A stretch of 64,000 bases of DNA, taken from the NCBI GenBank assembly GCA_045568435.1, contig JBJLBB010000001.1:492413-556412 (forward strand). The letters run 5' to 3'. A program made the position numbers and the translations under genes. Below are positions 61,060-64,000 of the stretch, piece by piece. The DNA comes from Candidatus Poseidoniaceae archaeon (GTDB taxonomy: Archaea > Thermoplasmatota > Poseidoniia > Poseidoniales > Poseidoniaceae). Each line of letters opens with the position of its first letter. Position 1 is the stretch's first letter. Under the pieces are notes generated by a model that ran no database searches, had not been told where the DNA came from, and saw only the letters and a program-made list of their open reading frames with translations.

Positions 61060-64000
61060 TCAACTAAACTGGACTATTTCGCCGTCTTCGTTCTTGTACC
61101 ACCATTCATCGGTTGCTTTGTCATGATACCACCAATAACCGTCTGAGCCTTTGACCCACTCAGATTCTTCAGTGGCACCATCGCTTGATTCCGTAGAATC
61201 GCTTACTCCAAGAGCGGATGCTGCTGCTGAAAGAGAAGCCGCAGGAGCGATACTTCCAGTCTGATACTCTTTTTCTGGAGCATCGACTTGACCGTATTGG
61301 TCGTCTTCGTATTCATCATCTTCGATTTCCGAAGAATATTCATCCCAATCATACTCGGAACGTGAACCTCTTCGAGTTGTTGCTTTCTTCGCCCACAATA
61401 ATGCGGTCATGATAATTGAGATTACAATGAGTAAGACTGCTGAACCAATTATTGGGTTTACATCGCCAAATAGTTTCTCAGTAAATGATTGATCTCTTGC
61501 TGGCCTAACATCAATTGTTGGACCTTTTGCAGTTTCACCATTTTCTAATTCAACTTCTATCCATTGAACCCCTCTTGTAGTTGGTGCCCAATCTAAGGCA
61601 ATCAAGCCAACTCCACCGGCTGGAACTTCTACATTTGGTCTTTGGATTACTTCTGATGAACCATCGATTCTGGTAACCGAAATTACTGCATCTACATTAC
61701 CATCCAATGAACCAATATTGTTTACTAGAACCTTTACCGAGGTTGATTGGTCAACTTCAACCAGTAGACGTGTGTATGAAACTGACGATGCCTCTAAAGA
61801 AAATTCTGGCTTAAGCCATTCCAAATCCCACTGCCCAACCAACGAACCTGCAGGAGTTGCCCCCATTCCAAGTACATCGTTATCCGCTAGGTCTCTACCA
61901 TCGATTTTAATGAATAAAATCATTTGTCTTTCTAACATTGAAGATGTGATATCCGATAGGTCGACTTGAGCAAATACTTCCAGTTGTAAACCATCGATTT
62001 CATCTCCTTCAAGACTCATTGTTTCGACACCATTTCTTAGATAATCACCGGTTTCAGCGTCTTCCACCCACCAAACTAACTGGAGAGAATCAACATCTAA
62101 TCCACCTTCTTCATCTAAGGCAATTCTAACTTCATATGCCTCTGCTTTCAGTTGTGAACCTGGTCTTGGATTGAGAATTTCAACAGGCTCAGGTCCGGTT
62201 CCATCGATTAGAATCCAACGAACACTAGATTGGTCTGTAACATCTACTCCTTGACCAGTGACACAGTTAATCCCCCAAGTCAAAGCAATCTTACCAGAGG
62301 TTTCAGGTGCTTGAAGACCAGTTGACCAAAGGCCATCAACAGAAGTAACCAAAGTAGATTGTCCATTGAATAATAATTCGACATCACAATCGAAAGTTGG
62401 TTTAGTGGATGTTTCAATAAATAATACTTCACCGCCAACTTCAAAGGTACTACTTGGACCCATACGAGCACCATCTGAGACGATTGAACCTTGGTTCAAA
62501 TAAAGTGTAACTGTTTCATCTGGTATCGCCATTTCTGCAGAGAATCTCCATCTCAATTCAGGGAAGGATTTGGTTGCAATTTGACCCGCTCTGTCAACAA
62601 CCTTGAGGCTCGGCTCCCTCCTGGTATCACCCAGGTCAGGTAATGACCATTCTAAGTGGAACTCTATCCTTAGTGTCAACTCGGTTTCATATGGACCGGC
62701 AGGACCATCTGCGCCCATCATGTCACAGTCATCAACTATCAAGTGAATGCTGGTAGTGGTACAGTTTCCTGTGTAAAAGTCCCATGAAATAGGTAGTTTA
62801 TCACTGCCTTGCTTAGAAGCTAGTTCTACAGTAACAGTGGACAAATCTGAACCTCCATTCGGTTCACTCATAGAAACTTCAAAGGCATAATCCATATGAG
62901 GATGGAGCCAATTCTTCTTGCCACCGTCCCAAGAGAAAGAGTTTGATGCAATAGAAGGTGGACCATCGGCATTGAGTTGATACATGAATAGATGCTTTCC
63001 TTCTTCATCTGTGCCATTATCTTCCAATGGATGACCTGCAGCATCGCTTCCGGTCAAATAAACCGCTACTTTATCGCCGGTACTTCCTCCAGCATCATCA
63101 AGCAAGAGAGTGTATTGACCTACAAGTGCAGTCATATCATTAGGCATCAATAGCGAGAATGGTTCGAACTCACCTGGATTTGGCATTCCACTGAAATCAT
63201 AGTCATTCACCCATTCTCTCCAAACCATCGCTTCAACATTTGAAGGTAGTGTTGGTTGGTCTGTAATCTGTAATTGAATGGTTTGAGTCGATGAAGGAGT
63301 TCTGTGATCATAAGGTGCGACATTAGACCAGTATACCGACGGACTAACAGAGTCTGCGAAGAATACTCGCTCAAATATAGCATCTGATGTAGTGCCTGAG
63401 CCGTTTAGAGGTGTGACCTCAATTTTCCAATTAAGAACGCCATTGGTAAATGGAACTACATCGGTGAAATTCCAAGTATCTCCATCTAATGACGTGGTAT
63501 TTGCTACAAGAGTGGAACCGTGGAATAACTCGACAATAGCCTCACCAGGGGCAAATGATTCACCGCTATCTATTCCTTCAAATCCAACATCAACTGAAAT
63601 ATCTAATTGTTGTCCTGCTGGAAGGTAATACTCATCACTTGGCAATTCGCCCATAGATGTTGTGAATGTGACGCTCTTTAATTCTAAATCATTCTCATAT
63701 GCAACAGATGTACCACCTATTGAACCCCATGAATGGGTTGCTGGGATTGATATTACTCCGTTTGCTAGAACCATACGCGTAGATGCTATCATGTATGTTT
63801 CGTCATCCCAACCTGGTTCAATTCTAAACTTGATAGCAACATCTACATCATCTCCTGATTCGGTGACACTAAGCCATGAATCTGGATGAAGTTCTACAAG
63901 ATGAGAGTCGCCTTGTCCAACTGGAGTGCCTCCACCAATTGGGAGTAACCATGTGGCGTGAGTATCCATACCCACTATGTCTAGACGAGCCAATGCGGCT
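61060..64000 (-). CDS. Large cell-surface protein, probably partial (the reading frame stays open to the window end; the track start at 63993 is TTG). Beta-rich ectodomain, single C-terminal TM helix, acidic cytoplasmic tail ending in a Trp-rich motif.
   Basis: No signal peptide at the apparent N-terminus and the frame is open upstream to position 64000. TM IIGSAVLLIVISIIMTALLW followed by KKATTRRGSR (positive-inside). Tail ...WVKGSDGYWWYHDKATDEWWYKNEDGEIVQFS. Confidence 0.75.
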   Translation of the reverse strand, partial: AALARLDIVGMDTHATWLLPIGGGTPVGQGDSHLVELHPDSWLSVTESGDDVDVAIKFRIEPGWDDETYMIASTRMVLANGVISIPATHSWGSIGGTSVAYENDLELKSVTFTTSMGELPSDEYYLPAGQQLDISVDVGFEGIDSGESFAPGEAIVELFHGSTLVANTTSLDGDTWNFTDVVPFTNGVLNWKIEVTPLNGSGTTSDAIFERVFFADSVSPSVYWSNVAPYDHRTPSSTQTIQLQITDQPTLPSNVEAMVWREWVNDYDFSGMPNPGEFEPFSLLMPNDMTALVGQYTLLLDDAGGSTGDKVAVYLTGSDAAGHPLEDNGTDEEGKHLFMYQLNADGPPSIASNSFSWDGGKKNWLHPHMDYAFEVSMSEPNGGSDLSTVTVELASKQGSDKLPISWDFYTGNCTTTSIHLIVDDCDMMGADGPAGPYETELTLRIEFHLEWSLPDLGDTRREPSLKVVDRAGQIATKSFPELRWRFSAEMAIPDETVTLYLNQGSIVSDGARMGPSSTFEVGGEVLFIETSTKPTFDCDVELLFNGQSTLVTSVDGLWSTGLQAPETSGKIALTWGINCVTGQGVDVTDQSSVRWILIDGTGPEPVEILNPRPGSQLKAEAYEVRIALDEEGGLDVDSLQLVWWVEDAETGDYLRNGVETMSLEGDEIDGLQLEVFAQVDLSDITSSMLERQMILFIKIDGRDLADNDVLGMGATPAGSLVGQWDLEWLKPEFSLEASSVSYTRLLVEVDQSTSVKVLVNNIGSLDGNVDAVISVTRIDGSSEVIQRPNVEVPAGGVGLIALDWAPTTRGVQWIEVELENGETAKGPTIDVRPARDQSFTEKLFGDVNPIIGSAVLLIVISIIMTALLWAKKATTRRGSRSEYDWDEYSSEIEDDEYEDDQYGQVDAPEKEYQTGSIAPAASLSAAASALGVSDSTESSDGATEESEWVKGSDGYWWYHDKATDEWWYKNEDGEIVQFS

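Noticed and set aside
1-64000. Search for mobile elements, integrases, toxin-antitoxin or defence-system signatures (Walker-box NTPase plus nuclease pairs, Cas-like genes).
   Set aside because: None recognised. The only P-loop proteins are FlaH/FlaI (archaellum) and NadE/PP-loop enzymes in ordinary metabolic context.

Overview
This 64-kb window looks archaeal. Evidence: a complete euryarchaeal-type archaellum operon (two archaellins, FlaC/D/E-like, FlaF, FlaG, FlaH, FlaI, FlaJ), Bat-type HTH_10 regulators, a membrane H+-pyrophosphatase, and start codons that are often GTG/TTG. GC is moderate to low. It is most consistent with a marine planktonic Thermoplasmatota (MGII/Poseidoniales-like) genome, but that placement is an inference. 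No rRNA, tRNA, CRISPR, transposase or integrase was recognised.

The window is dominated by cell-surface genes, all on the minus strand:
- A partial secreted PPC-domain/Ca-binding-repeat protein (1-1238). It is absent from the ORF track because its stop lies outside the window.
- Giant gene 1 (1305-11862, about 10.5 kb), split into a 997-aa and a 2560-aa ORF by a single-base frameshift near 8875.
- A Bat-like HTH_10 regulator (12070-12813).
- Giant gene 2 (12921-25616, about 12.7 kb), split into 1143-aa, 113-aa and 2953-aa ORFs by a cluster of indels at 21759-22206.

The two giants are paralogues with a shared modular architecture: signal peptide, Asp-box/BNR-like beta-propeller, long RCC1 repeat arrays, many He_PIG-type Ig-like domains (about 10 near-identical ~300-bp tandem copies in gene 1), thrombospondin-type-3-like Ca-binding Asp repeats, and a single TM helix. 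Both then carry a conserved cytoplasmic tail: a beta-rich domain, an E/K/A-rich probable single alpha helix encoded by hexanucleotide microsatellite-like DNA, and one or two C-terminal helix-hairpin-helix modules. The last 133 nt of the two genes are identical.

Other content:
- 25612-33500: MscS channel, a second HTH_10 paralogue, pirin, glutaredoxin, esterase, lipoprotein, H+-PPase, NifU-like protein.
- 33580-36722: a PolX / small membrane protein / hypothetical / endonuclease III repair cluster.
- 37205-51308: the archaellum operon, preceded in the same orientation by a 159-aa protein, a 1670-aa giant surface protein with a C-terminal polytopic membrane anchor, and a 399-aa acidic coiled-coil protein.
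- 51464-61055: Bcp peroxiredoxin, hexapeptide acetyltransferase, flavin-reductase-like protein, NAD-dependent sugar epimerase, a fused aconitase-X-family protein, a collagen-like/ELW-repeat secreted protein, TrhO rhodanese and glutamine-dependent NAD synthetase.
- 61060-64000: a partial large surface protein with a TM helix and an acidic Trp-rich tail.
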